Source: Thermoanaerobaculia bacterium (GTDB lineage: Bacteria > Acidobacteriota > Thermoanaerobaculia > Multivoradales > UBA5704). From it: a stretch of DNA of 31,561 nucleotides. The position numbers and the translations under genes were made by a program. How positions within the stretch are numbered: position 1 is the stretch's first letter; each line of letters starts with the position of its first letter. The notes beneath the pieces were generated by a model, which saw nothing but the letters and a program-made list of their open reading frames with translations, made no database searches and was not told the DNA's origin. The stretch spans positions 1 through 31,561 of the forward strand of contig JBGAGQ010000070.1 of assembly GCA_044226625.1 (NCBI GenBank), read 5' to 3'. Positions 8,301 through 16,928 of the stretch are shown here, piece after piece.

Positions 8301-10254
8301 CCGAGCGGTCGTTGGCTCCTTGCGAGAGGTCGACCGGTTGGCCGTCACGCAGCACTTCCATCGTGGAGGTCGCGAGGTTGCGCCCGGTCACCACGACGAG
8401 ATTCGGGCCGCCGCGCACCAGTTGGGTCGAGACGCCGACCGGCGAAGGGAGCGTGCGGCTTACGACCGTGATCACGCTCGACGTCTCGGCGAGGAGGTCG
8501 TCCGCCGCGCCCGGTCGTACGCTCGCCGTCACCTGGAGCGGCAAACGCTCCGCGAAGCCTAGGCCCCCCGGCCGGAGCACGCGCGGCGTCAATGAGAACG
8601 TCACGACGTCCTCCCCGCTCGCTCCCGCCGGCGTCGCGGCAGCGTTCGTGATCTTGATCTCGACCGCGTCACTCGCCGGGCCGCGGACGACGAAGAGACC
8701 TTCTCGAAACGCGCGCTCGAGATTGCGGCCGGTGACCGTCACGTCGTTGGCGATTCCTTCGAGCACGAGGTTCGGCGTCACTTTGGAGATCCGGGCGCGC
8801 CCCTGCTGCCGTGGCCCGAGGTACGTGAAGCCCTGTGCGATCGACGCTTTCTGGCCATCCGGATTGGCCACCTCGACCTTGACCGGGCCGCGCGCGTCGC
8901 CGGCGGGAACCTCCGCGTCGATCCGTGTGCCGTCCTCTCCGACCAGAGTCACGTTCGGCGAGGACTTGCCGCCGAAGCGAACCTCCGCGCCGGGGAGGAA
9001 CCCTTGCCCCCGGAGAGAGACCACCTGAGGAGGCGCCTGCTGCTGAGGACCGGCGTTCGGCGAGACCTCGACGAGCATGAGTGGCGGATCGAAACGGAAC
9101 GCGCCGGGGACGCTCGCCGAGAGCCCGTCCGGCGTGACGACTTTCACGTCGGCGAGACCGGCCATGGCGCCGATTGGAGTGTCGACGCGCAGCTCCCCGG
9201 AGCTCCGAAGCTCGACCCGCGGCGAGGCGATACCGTCGAAGCGCACGACGCAGCCGGGCACGAAGTTGGCGCCGAACAGGGAGATCGTGATCGTCCGGTC
9301 GACGGGACCGCGCGCCGGCTCGAGCCGGTCGATCCGCGGCGGCGGCTGGTTCGCTACGTGCTGAATCGTGAACGCGGGGCTGTTGCCGGAGCCGAGCGTA
9401 TTGCCCTGGGCATTCTGTGCCGCCACGCGCAGAACCGCCTGCACCGTCGTGGCGGGGTTCGGGAGGACCACCGAAAACGAGCGCGCGGACGCCGAGGCGT
9501 TGCCCACGTTGGTAAACGTCGCCCCGTTGTCGAGCGAAAGGCGAATCGCATGACCCGTCACCGGGCCGGTCGTCGTCCACTGGACGTTCACCGTCTGCCC
9601 GCCCGTGAACGTCCCGCCGAGAGGCGCCGTCACCGTCACGGTCGTCTGCTGCGGCGCGCCCTGGATCGTGAACGGCAGGCTGTTGCCCGAGCCGAGCGTG
9701 TTGCCTTGGGCATCCTGCGCGGCGACGCGGAGCACGGCCTGCACCGTCGCGGCGGGGCTCGGTAGGGTCACCGTAAACGACCGAGCGGAGGCCGAGGCGT
9801 TCCCCACGTTCGTGAACGTCGCCCCGTTGTCGAGCGACAGGCGGATCGCGTGGCCCGTCACCGGACCGGTCGTCGTCCACTGGACGTTCACGGTCTGTCC
9901 GCCCGTGAACGTTCCGCCCAGAGGAGCCGTCACCGTCACGACCGTCTGCTGCGACGCCGTTTGGAGCTTGAACGGTGGGCTGTCCCCACGGGCGAGCTGG
10001 TTGCCGAACGGGTCACGGGCGGCGACGCGGACGATCGCCTGATTCACCGTCGACGCCGGGGAAGGGAGATTGAAAGTGAAACTGCGCGCGGTTCCGGGCA
10101 GATCGCCCGATACGCCCACGAAGCTCGCACCACCATCGAGTGATAGCCGCACGATTTGAGTGGTTGGCGCATCGGTCGTGTTCCATTCGACCGTGATCGA
10201 TTGGCCTGCGAGAAACGTCTCGCCGCCGCGTGGAAATGTAACGTTCAAAGACAC
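5362..10254 (-). CDS. 1630-aa multidomain protein: three N-terminal ~100-aa Ig-like repeats, IPT/TIG domains and a C-terminal M23 metallopeptidase domain
   Basis: GGAGAGGGGG precedes GTG 10254. Repeats read VT.P.GG.TF..GQ.V.V.W.T. IPT-like segments are PRIDRLEPARGP...GANFVPGCVVRFDG and VSPNAGP...GQGFLPGAEVRFGG. M23 zinc motifs are LHGGVDF (HxxxD), GTPVYATRSGEV and GPHLHF (HxH). Confidence 0.85.
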   Translation of the reverse strand: MSLNVTFPRGGETFLAGQSITVEWNTTDAPTTQIVRLSLDGGASFVGVSGDLPGTARSFTFNLPSPASTVNQAIVRVAARDPFGNQLARGDSPPFKLQTASQQTVVTVTAPLGGTFTGGQTVNVQWTTTGPVTGHAIRLSLDNGATFTNVGNASASARSFTVTLPSPAATVQAVLRVAAQDAQGNTLGSGNSLPFTIQGAPQQTTVTVTAPLGGTFTGGQTVNVQWTTTGPVTGHAIRLSLDNGATFTNVGNASASARSFSVVLPNPATTVQAVLRVAAQNAQGNTLGSGNSPAFTIQHVANQPPPRIDRLEPARGPVDRTITISLFGANFVPGCVVRFDGIASPRVELRSSGELRVDTPIGAMAGLADVKVVTPDGLSASVPGAFRFDPPLMLVEVSPNAGPQQQAPPQVVSLRGQGFLPGAEVRFGGKSSPNVTLVGEDGTRIDAEVPAGDARGPVKVEVANPDGQKASIAQGFTYLGPRQQGRARISKVTPNLVLEGIANDVTVTGRNLERAFREGLFVVRGPASDAVEIKITNAAATPAGASGEDVVTFSLTPRVLRPGGLGFAERLPLQVTASVRPGAADDLLAETSSVITVVSRTLPSPVGVSTQLVRGGPNLVVVTGRNLATSTMEVLRDGQPVDLSQGANDRSVAGVLAIEADATGTFQMRLRDGSRNLGTFPLTLVSPPSSDPEEAPSLDLAAVPGQTLVGTNGRGQAVRVQDGRPLAIGQPMTSSPQLKPGVSVPLQLVSTGIDLPLLDEAVVLPAFGRGRDPLTEASGVYEEGKFFSLTGLAVLLVLRVVIRIEVSLALIPVFDPFRDADFGEPFNDFGSELPPPLSGYPGAILYDVVVDVSVSVEISFLESLLLPGGGYQILVAEGISAQSTGGLLVLDSGVTIRASVDSIRPLDGSIGRATLLPSPVADPLGVRGIFFATSPGTACLPWSFEISLARGFAGEAPPPVERLSFQPNLCVTIEPADRLFQIRIEPEAFELAPGESRTVRAFELPVDRDGVPLGPEREIPANEVLFRPDDPSRLLIATQLVDAQPLASEWRVIGTVPGMAKVQALVPTRGPNRGILPLSVLDLAYQSFADRGDSPLVAAAEAAVDVAAAQIPTLVHPVGNERVRVSLPYLNAVSRKPGVSIEYQLADTNGFANGLKRSGTVAGATAERPVVVVNLTGPSLPAGEYLWRARYSEKNAEWSAAEKFKIDRPVSAFGESWLFPIENPEVRVNGNFMEGYFHGGYRMTRLHGGVDFQGNGTPVYATRSGEVLTLDVPGDSHFAILKKEAAIRLRHPNCDSEDGRSIARETNCLHMKNTKRFPVGTFVNQGAYLGQASKVGIPNEGPHLHFDFAAEEQMTFLNPLRLPFEEWNRPQGAKPTISAVYLRSDRYLSGANVRSTGLKGTVNVIVQTIDPSGTQTTPGPGERLVPYGLDFKTTLSPIEEIRLKRFSVGDAEKNLYAYDDPSTEVSRKKNTPYLLYRPWKTGVLATNLTAGPQKIEFRSYSFDPNQIVDPNDFTNASDPYVVVIGPRLRASRTQVPAPAADQPRSVMITLRNETTKTLTDVKEDTFPLEVRTPQGAIATLSTTKITVPSEMDSPALELKILRARPGDKITVVASSGICTDIKHSVEIVIA
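9361..9952 (-). repeat. Intragenic tandem domain duplication with 300-bp period (9361..9652 and 9661..9952)
   Basis: Two near-identical 100-aa units (TVTVTAPLGGTFTGGQTVNVQWTTTGPVTGHAIRLSLDNGATFTNVGNASASARSF...) with mostly synonymous differences. Confidence 0.92.
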
Positions 10255-10313
10255 GGGTCCCCCTCTCCGCGCGCTCCAAGGCGTCGCGGTTGTCGAAGAA
10301 TGCTTGGACGGAT

Positions 10314-10352
10314 TCGAGCAACGGGCTCGAGCTACTGGCTCGAGCTACAGGG
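10314..10352. repeat. Three tandem 13-bp imperfect repeats in a divergent intergenic region
   Basis: TCGAGCAACGGGC / TCGAGCTACTGGC / TCGAGCTACAGGG. Confidence 0.7.
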
Positions 10353-10540
10353 GACCTCTACGACGGCCTCTCCAATTCGGATGGCGGCTCGGATGAATGG
10401 AGCCGCAAGATCTGCCGACCGGATCGAAGATCCTGCAGGCTCCAAGACGTCTCGCCCCGAGGAAGGCATGGCCGCACCTTTGCAATATCGGGGCGCGACG
10501 CCGCGATGGTGCGTCGTCCTTCTAACGAAAGAGCCAGGCC

Positions 10541-11056
10541 ATGAGCAAAGAGCACGAGCCGGTTGGAAATACTTTCGATTCGAACCGAGATCCGATCACG
10601 GGTGAGCCGGGCTCCCATCCGGTGGGTACCGGTCTGGGCGCCGTCGGCGGCGCGGCCGCCGGGGCGGCGGTGGGATCGATGGCCGGACCGGTCGGCACGG
10701 TCGTCGGCGGAGTGGTCGGCGCGGTCGCCGGGGGCGCCGTGGGACACGCCGCGGGCGAGGCGGTCAACCCGACGGTCGAGAACGCCTACTGGCAGGAAAA
10801 CTACCGCGACCGCCCGTACGTCGATCGCGATCGTCCCTACTCGGAGTACGAGCCCGCGTACCGTTACGGCTGGGAGTCTCGCTCCCGCGCCGGCAACAGT
10901 ACCTGGGATCAATCCGAACAGAACCTGGAGCGCGGCTGGGATCAGGCGAAGGGCCAGTCACGGCTCGCCTGGAACGAGGCCAAACAGGCTACGAAGGATG
11001 CGTGGCACCGCGTTGAGAACGCGCTGCCGGGCGACGCCGACGGCGACGGCCGATAG
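10541..11056 (+). CDS. Glycine-zipper-containing conserved hypothetical protein (general-stress type)
   Basis: NRDPITGEPGSHPVGTGLGAVGGAAAGAAVG... GxxxG zipper, followed by YEPAYRYGWE and SRLAWNEAKQATKDAWHR. Confidence 0.8.
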   Translation: MSKEHEPVGNTFDSNRDPITGEPGSHPVGTGLGAVGGAAAGAAVGSMAGPVGTVVGGVVGAVAGGAVGHAAGEAVNPTVENAYWQENYRDRPYVDRDRPYSEYEPAYRYGWESRSRAGNSTWDQSEQNLERGWDQAKGQSRLAWNEAKQATKDAWHRVENALPGDADGDGR

Positions 11057-11074
11057 AGGTCATCCACGCTCGAA

Positions 11075-11125
11075 CCGAGAGCGAGACGCCTGGGAAACCA
11101 TCCTCCCAGGCGTTCGCTCGCTCGG
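11075..11125. terminator. Hairpin between convergent genes
   Basis: Core stem ACGCCTGGGA (11086-11095) / TCCCAGGCGT (11104-11113), extendable on both sides. Confidence 0.6.
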
Positions 11126-11165
11126 AATCTCAAAGCGCCAGGCCGTGAACTGCGGGCGCCAGGAG

Positions 11166-13184
11166 CTAACTCTTGTCCGGCAACGTGCCGCAGGCGGCCT
11201 TGTACTTCTCCGGATGGTCGAGCAGGTCGTTGATCTCGTTCATGAAATCGAGCTCGGACATCGGCTGGGTCGGCAGGTGGGGCGGATACTTCGTGAGCGT
11301 GCAGAAAATCCGCTGCATCTCGGCCGAGAACAGATGCTGCGCCCAGAGGTGGCGGATCGCGATGTTGTCGCTCTCCTGGGGATCCTGCTGGATGTTGAAC
11401 ATCAGCATGTAGGACACCGGCAGGTCGACGCCAGAGAATCCTCCCGGATATCCCTGCCGCGTCGCGATGTCCTCGGTGATCTTCTTGTACGCCTTGAACT
11501 CGTCCATCCGCACGCCGGAGAAATTGGTGAGGTACCAATTCTGGACGCTTCGGCGGTTCGACGCCCCGTCCTTCGCGAGCAGGAACGAGGCCTGTTCGAT
11601 GCCGTCGAGATAGCGTCCTTCGATCGTCTTGACCAGCTCGGGCTCGGTCCGCAGGACCGGATCGAGATCGGGATGGGCGTAATCGATTCCGGCGAGCTCG
11701 AGGACCGTCGGGTAGACGTCCGCGAGATCGAACAGGCCGTCCGAGACGCGGCCGGGCTCGATCATCCCCTTCCAGACCGCGATGCCGGGAACACGCACTC
11801 CTCCTTCCCAGGTGTCGCCTTTGCCCCCGCGGAACGGCGTATGGCCGTGCGGCGGAATCTCGTTCTCCGGTCCGTTGTCGGAAGTGAGGAAGATCAGCGT
11901 GTCGTCGGCTTGGCCGGTGCGGTCGAGCGCGGCGCGGATCTCGCCGAGGATCTGGTCCATCTCCACGGTGCAATCGGAGTAGATGCTGCGCGCGTAGGAG
12001 ATCCGCCGGTTCGCGTCGGTCGGATAGTTGTCGAAGTGGCAGCCGCGCGTCGCATGGTAGAGATACCAGGGCTTGCCGCTGTCCTTCTGTTTCTCGATGA
12101 AATCGACCGAGTAGTTCACCCACAGGGTGTCGAGATCGGCAATCGAGATTCGCTTCTTCTCGTTCTCCGGCGCCACCCAGCAGTGGTTCGACGTGCCCTG
12201 ATTCTTGGGCGCGTTCGGATCGGCGTTGAGCGCAGCGGCCTCCCAAGGGATCGTAATCTCTGCGAGCGCCTCGCAACCGAGCGACGTGTTCGTGTCGTGG
12301 TCGAATTTCGCCTTCAAGGCGTCGGGAACGTTCGGCCTCGTCGTCGCATGGATCAGATAGTGGCTGAACTTGTTGTCGTACATGTAGTCGGTGCGCTCTT
12401 TGTCGCGCACGACTTCGGGGTTGTAGTACTGGTCGCGCCACTCGGTGTACATGTCGGAGACCGACAGGAAGCCGTAGTAGTCGTCGTAACCGACGTTCTG
12501 CGGCAGGTTCGGGATGTTCTCCCCGACATGCCATTTGCCGACGCCTTGCGTCGTGTAGCCGGCCCGTTTGAGCAGCAGCGGCAAGGGCACCGATTTCGCC
12601 GTGATGCCGCCCGGATCGCCGTACATGGGCGGATAGAGCACGCCATGGTGGACCGGCAGCTGGCCGGTGTGGATCGTGGCGCGGGTGGGCGAGCACGAAG
12701 GCTGAGCGTACGTCGAGGTGAGCAGCAGGCCGTCCTGGGCGAGCTTCGTCACCGCGGGAGTCGCCGCGCCGAACGCGACGCCGCCGCCGTACGGCTGGAA
12801 GTCGCTCCAGCCCATGTCGTCCACCAGGAAGACGAGGATGTTGGGCCGCCTGCAGCTCTTTTCCTTCGCCGCGTCCAACCGGCATCTCGGACAGACTCCG
12901 AGCAGCGGCGCGGCGCAGAATCCTTTCGATTGCAGCTTCGCGATGGTCGCCTGGATCTGTTCCGGGTGAACCATACGCGGCTCCATGTTCGGAGCCTGGG
13001 TGACCATGTCGGACGCCTTGACCAGGTAGCGGTTCTGGTCGGCGGCGAGGCGGTACGACCCTTCCTGGCCGATCGGGTCCTGGGCCAAACCGGGCGCGGC
13101 GACGGCCGCGAACCACGCGGCGAGCGACACGATTGATAGGGCGGGCCGAATCGGCCGGCGGCAAACGGCACGACGGGTGTTCAT
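11166..13184 (-). CDS. Secreted arylsulfatase (AslA-like, Cys-type formylglycine sulfatase)
   Basis: Signal peptide ending APGLA-Q. Motifs RPNILVFLVDDMGW, CSPTRATIHTG (CxPxR), GYTTQGVGKWHVG, FLTSDNGP and GGKGDTWEGGVRVP. Confidence 0.93.
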   Translation of the reverse strand: MNTRRAVCRRPIRPALSIVSLAAWFAAVAAPGLAQDPIGQEGSYRLAADQNRYLVKASDMVTQAPNMEPRMVHPEQIQATIAKLQSKGFCAAPLLGVCPRCRLDAAKEKSCRRPNILVFLVDDMGWSDFQPYGGGVAFGAATPAVTKLAQDGLLLTSTYAQPSCSPTRATIHTGQLPVHHGVLYPPMYGDPGGITAKSVPLPLLLKRAGYTTQGVGKWHVGENIPNLPQNVGYDDYYGFLSVSDMYTEWRDQYYNPEVVRDKERTDYMYDNKFSHYLIHATTRPNVPDALKAKFDHDTNTSLGCEALAEITIPWEAAALNADPNAPKNQGTSNHCWVAPENEKKRISIADLDTLWVNYSVDFIEKQKDSGKPWYLYHATRGCHFDNYPTDANRRISYARSIYSDCTVEMDQILGEIRAALDRTGQADDTLIFLTSDNGPENEIPPHGHTPFRGGKGDTWEGGVRVPGIAVWKGMIEPGRVSDGLFDLADVYPTVLELAGIDYAHPDLDPVLRTEPELVKTIEGRYLDGIEQASFLLAKDGASNRRSVQNWYLTNFSGVRMDEFKAYKKITEDIATRQGYPGGFSGVDLPVSYMLMFNIQQDPQESDNIAIRHLWAQHLFSAEMQRIFCTLTKYPPHLPTQPMSELDFMNEINDLLDHPEKYKAACGTLPDKS

Positions 13185-15250
13185 GGGATTCTCCTCTCCC
13201 CGCGAGGGGCGTCGTTCATCGGGTTAGGGCCACCGGTCGAGCGGTCGAGCGGAAAGCCGCTCGGGCGACTCTTCCGGCGAAGGATTTCGGCAAGGTTGAG
13301 GCGCGCGGCGAGGAACCCGGGATCCAGTTGGACCGCGCGGCGGAATGCCCTCTCGGCGGATTCGAGATCGCCGAGCTGCGCTGCGAGCCAGCCGAGATTG
13401 AGAGGCGATTCCGGGCGTTCGGCGTTGGCGCGGTGGGCGGCGCGGAAGTCCTCGGCGGCGGCTTCGAAGATCCGTCGGTCCTCGATCGTGAGCAGACCGC
13501 TCCGGGTCCGCTCGAGCACCAGAGGGGCGATCACGCGGACCGCCTCGATCCGCACGCCGGTCACCTCGTCGGAGAGGAGAGGCGAGACGAGGCGCCAGAG
13601 CGTCTCCCCGTCGAGAGCCTCGGCCGCCGTCGCCGCCGCCCGCCGGAGCAGCGGATCGGCCTCCCCGACGGCCACGGCGACGCGCCGCTCGATCTCCGAA
13701 GGGTCCGCGCCCGCCTGGCGCGCAAGCAGACCGAGCGCGGTCGCGCGGGCGATGCCGGGGACGGCGGGGTCGTCGATCGCCCGGGCGAGCCGAACCGGTG
13801 CATCGGCCGCACCGCGCCGCCCGGCGGCGATCGCTTCGCCCCAATGCGCGCCAGGGGTACGCCCGGTCCAGCTCTCGATCGCGCGGGCGGCCCAACGAGC
13901 GGGTTTTGCTTCGTGGCAGCCGGCGCAGGGATTGGGTACGCCGAGCTTCGTCGAGAGATCGGGGCGCGGAATCCGCAGCGAGTGATCGCGCCGGACGTCG
14001 ACCTTCATATAAGTCTTGGCCGGCATGTGGCATTCGACGCAGCGCGCGCCTTCTGATCCCGGATCGTGGTGGTGATGGCTCGTCTGCGCGAAGCGGCCGG
14101 CGTCGTGGCAGCGGGTGCAGAGCGCGTCGCCCGTCGCGCGCAGCGCTCCTGCGTGTGGCTCGTGGCAGTCGGAGCAGACGACGCCGTGGCGGTACATCTT
14201 GCTTTCCAGGAACGAGCCGACCTCGAACACCTCGTCGGCGACCTGCCCGTCCGGGTGATAAAGGTTTTCGTCCAACAGCGCGAGATCGTGGCCGGCGAGC
14301 AGCGGCCGGCCGTACTCGTATCGCTCCGTAATCGGCGTCCGCCGCGAATGGCACCGGCCACAGGCGTCGATCTGCGTCGCGCGCCGGAGCGTGGAAGGAT
14401 CGCTGCCGCCGCGCGCGGTGCCGGTCGCGGGGTCGAGCGTCGGATCGAACGAGCCGGCGCGTGCAAGGGCGACGACGAGACCTTTCCCCTCGACCGGCCG
14501 TAGATCCCCGCGCGCCCAAGCGACGTGCCGCGATCCCGGACCGTGGCAGGCCTCGCACGAGACGTCGATCTCACCGAATCCGGTTTCGAACGTGTCGGTG
14601 TCCGGCCGATAGCGCTTCTCGAGATCGGTCGAATGGCACTCGGCGCACATCGTGTTCCAGTTGAGCCGCGCGCCGGTCCAATGGAGCGGGTCGCCGGGCG
14701 TAACCAGTTCGCCCTCGGGATCGAGCGAGAACCAACGCCGCCCGCCCTCGGACGCGGGCCGCGAATCCCAAGCCACGGTGAGCGCTTGAAACCTCCCCCC
14801 GCGCGCTGCGACCAGGTACTGTTGTAGCGGCTCGACGCCGAACGTGTAGGCGACCGGGAGGTCGTGCGAAGCGCCATCGGCCCCTTCCGTTCGAACCACG
14901 AACTTCCCGTTGCGCCGATCGAAGCTGGAGACGGTCGCCTCGTGGTCGAGCTTCGCGTCGGAGAAATTGCCAAGCACGGACGCCTCGGACGGCTCCTCCA
15001 TCGCCCGGTCGTGGTGCGATCCCTGCCAGAGGCGCAATTCCTTCGCGTGGCATTCGCCGCACACCGCACGGCCGACGGGGCGCGCGGGAGCCGCGATCTC
15101 AGCAGAGGCGGTGGTCGCCGCGGATGCCGACGGCGACGGGCCGCAACCGGAAGCGAGCAAGGCGACGGCCGGGACCATCGCGGCCGCCGCAATGGAGGCG
15201 AACGGAGCGAAACCCGCGATCTCCCGGACAAGGCGTCGGAAAAGGCACAT
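13181..15250 (-). CDS. Multiheme (8 CxxCH) c-type cytochrome with C-terminal HEAT-like/TPR helices, probable lipoprotein
   Basis: CGECH, CAECH, CEACH, CGRCH, CSDCH, CTRCH, CVECH and CAGCH. N-terminal hydrophobic stretch ends in LASGC. GGAGG precedes the ATG, and the stop overlaps the sulfatase start (ATGA). Confidence 0.9.
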   Translation of the reverse strand: MCLFRRLVREIAGFAPFASIAAAAMVPAVALLASGCGPSPSASAATTASAEIAAPARPVGRAVCGECHAKELRLWQGSHHDRAMEEPSEASVLGNFSDAKLDHEATVSSFDRRNGKFVVRTEGADGASHDLPVAYTFGVEPLQQYLVAARGGRFQALTVAWDSRPASEGGRRWFSLDPEGELVTPGDPLHWTGARLNWNTMCAECHSTDLEKRYRPDTDTFETGFGEIDVSCEACHGPGSRHVAWARGDLRPVEGKGLVVALARAGSFDPTLDPATGTARGGSDPSTLRRATQIDACGRCHSRRTPITERYEYGRPLLAGHDLALLDENLYHPDGQVADEVFEVGSFLESKMYRHGVVCSDCHEPHAGALRATGDALCTRCHDAGRFAQTSHHHHDPGSEGARCVECHMPAKTYMKVDVRRDHSLRIPRPDLSTKLGVPNPCAGCHEAKPARWAARAIESWTGRTPGAHWGEAIAAGRRGAADAPVRLARAIDDPAVPGIARATALGLLARQAGADPSEIERRVAVAVGEADPLLRRAAATAAEALDGETLWRLVSPLLSDEVTGVRIEAVRVIAPLVLERTRSGLLTIEDRRIFEAAAEDFRAAHRANAERPESPLNLGWLAAQLGDLESAERAFRRAVQLDPGFLAARLNLAEILRRKSRPSGFPLDRSTGGPNPMNDAPRGERRIP

Positions 15251-15385
15251 GGAACCTCCCGGGCGGGAGGCCCCCTGGCCTCCGCCGTTTCGAAGCGCTT
15301 GGAGCGGCTTTCAGGAGGTGTGTGGGACGAGAGGGAGAAATCTCGCACCGCCCGTGGCGGTGCCTTGGGAAGGAGCGCCGGAGGG

Positions 15386-16294
15386 CTATCGAACCACTTC
15401 GAACCGGTACCGCTCGATCTCTTCGAGGCTACCGTCCGCCCGCCGCCCTTCGAGGCGAAGGCGATACTCCCCGGCCGTGAAGAAATCGCGCGGGAAGGTG
15501 AGGAGGATCACCTCGAGCGCGTTCGGTTGCAGGGCTTCGCCGACGTAGACCTGCTGTCCCCTGGCGTCGACGAGCGTCGCGCGGTAGCTCGAAAAACCGG
15601 TGGCCGCGCCCGCGTCGAGGGCGATCTGAGCGATGCCTTCGGCCCGGCGCAGGTCGAGACGGTTCGCCGTCGCGCTCGGCTCGCCGCCGCGGAGATGAGC
15701 GAGCAGAAGGAGGGGCGCTTCGCCGAGCGGCCGGCTCAGGGGCTCCGCGGCTCGCGGCGGCAGAGCTTCGGCGATCCGGGTTTCCATTCGGACTACCCCC
15801 TCGGCGTTCTCTTGGGCCTTTGGGCCTCTCTGGGCTTCTTGAGCGAGCCGCTCGCTCTGGGCCAAACGGACGGCCAGCGCCTTTCGCTCGGCCTCGCCAC
15901 GCTGCGCCCTCTCGCGCCAAACGGAGGCTTCCCGTTCGAGCGTGGCGCGGCTTTGCCAGAGCCAGGCGAAGAGAGCGAGCGGCGCGATCAAGAGCGCTGC
16001 CGCGAGCGCGTAGCGGACGAGCGGCCGGGAGGGGAAGCGGAGGAGCTTTCCGCCCCCGGCGACAGGTGTCGCCTCACGCTCCGATGCGGCCGTCGGTTTC
16101 GATCCTGTCGCCCCTGCGTCCTCCGCCGCCATCGCCTGGAGACCCAGCTCCAACCGGCGTTGGAACTCGAGCTCGTCCTGGCAGGCGGCGCAGGCAAAGA
16201 AGTGCTCTTCAAAGCGCTGCTCCTCGTCCGGTTCGAGCCGGCCGCTCCGATAGCGTGCGACCAGCCCGTGCTCTACCGCGGTCCCGTGATCCAT
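15386..16294 (-). CDS. Zinc-binding (zf-HC2/ZAS) membrane-anchored anti-sigma factor, 302 aa
   Basis: GGAGGAG precedes ATG 16294. FEEHFFACAACQDEL is HxxxCxxC. It is followed by TM helix YALAAALLIAPLALFAWLW, a coiled-coil segment and a C-terminal beta-rich domain. Starts 4 nt after the sigma stop. Confidence 0.85.
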   Translation of the reverse strand: MDHGTAVEHGLVARYRSGRLEPDEEQRFEEHFFACAACQDELEFQRRLELGLQAMAAEDAGATGSKPTAASEREATPVAGGGKLLRFPSRPLVRYALAAALLIAPLALFAWLWQSRATLEREASVWRERAQRGEAERKALAVRLAQSERLAQEAQRGPKAQENAEGVVRMETRIAEALPPRAAEPLSRPLGEAPLLLLAHLRGGEPSATANRLDLRRAEGIAQIALDAGAATGFSSYRATLVDARGQQVYVGEALQPNALEVILLTFPRDFFTAGEYRLRLEGRRADGSLEEIERYRFEVVR

Positions 16295-16298
16295 GCGA

Positions 16299-16928
16299 TT
16301 ACGCTCCTCCCCGCGATGCGGAAAGGCCGGCGACGTGGCCCAGCAAGAGCCCGAGCCAGAACAGCAGAACCCGCCCGAGGGCGTCCGGCTCCCCGTGCGC
16401 GAGCCGGGCGAGGTACAGCTCCTTATAACGCTGCCGGGCACGATAGAGGACGCGGTCGAATTGGGCGCTCGAAAGGTCGAGGTCCCGGCAGACGACGTCG
16501 CGATCTTCGTCCCGCAGGTAGAAGCGGTGCAGCACCTCCCGATCGCGCGCGACCGTGAGCTCGTCGAGCACCGCGCGGGCGAGGGCCGCGTTTTCCGCGG
16601 CGAGCAGGTCGTCGAGGACGCGAGCCGCGGTCGGCCGGTCGAGGCGATCCTCCGGGAGGAGATCGGTCTTCCGGCGCGCGGTCTTCCGGTAGTGCTCGGT
16701 CGCGAGGTTCCGCGCGAGCTGGCCGACGTATCCGGGAAGCTTGTCCGGCTCGCGCACCTCACCGCGCCGTAGCTTCTCGATCAGCAGGCGGAAGGTCTCC
16801 TGGAACAGATCCTCCCGTTCGTCGCGGTTGCGCGCGTGGCGGTCGAGCAGGAGCGCCACCGGACGGCCGAAGCGGGCGTACAGACGCTCCTCGGCCCGCG
16901 GATCGCCCGCGCGGATCGCCGCGAGCAA
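16299..16928 (-). CDS. ECF-type sigma-70 factor (start uncertain)
   Basis: Sigma2 region AIRAGDPRAEERLY...EDLFQETF...LARN and sigma4 region DELTVARDREVLHRFYLRD...LYRARQR. The first in-frame start codon not overlapping the upstream gene is TTG 16928. Confidence 0.85.
   Translation of the reverse strand: MLAAIRAGDPRAEERLYARFGRPVALLLDRHARNRDEREDLFQETFRLLIEKLRRGEVREPDKLPGYVGQLARNLATEHYRKTARRKTDLLPEDRLDRPTAARVLDDLLAAENAALARAVLDELTVARDREVLHRFYLRDEDRDVVCRDLDLSSAQFDRVLYRARQRYKELYLARLAHGEPDALGRVLLFWLGLLLGHVAGLSASRGGA

Noticed and set aside
10314-10352. CRISPR-like array
   Set aside because: The units are 13 bp, contiguous and have no spacers.
16295-16762. N-terminal 156 aa of the 458-aa track ORF 15386..16762
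   Set aside because: It overlaps the sigma gene in another frame. The real start is ATG 16294, with an RBS and the ZAS motif right after.
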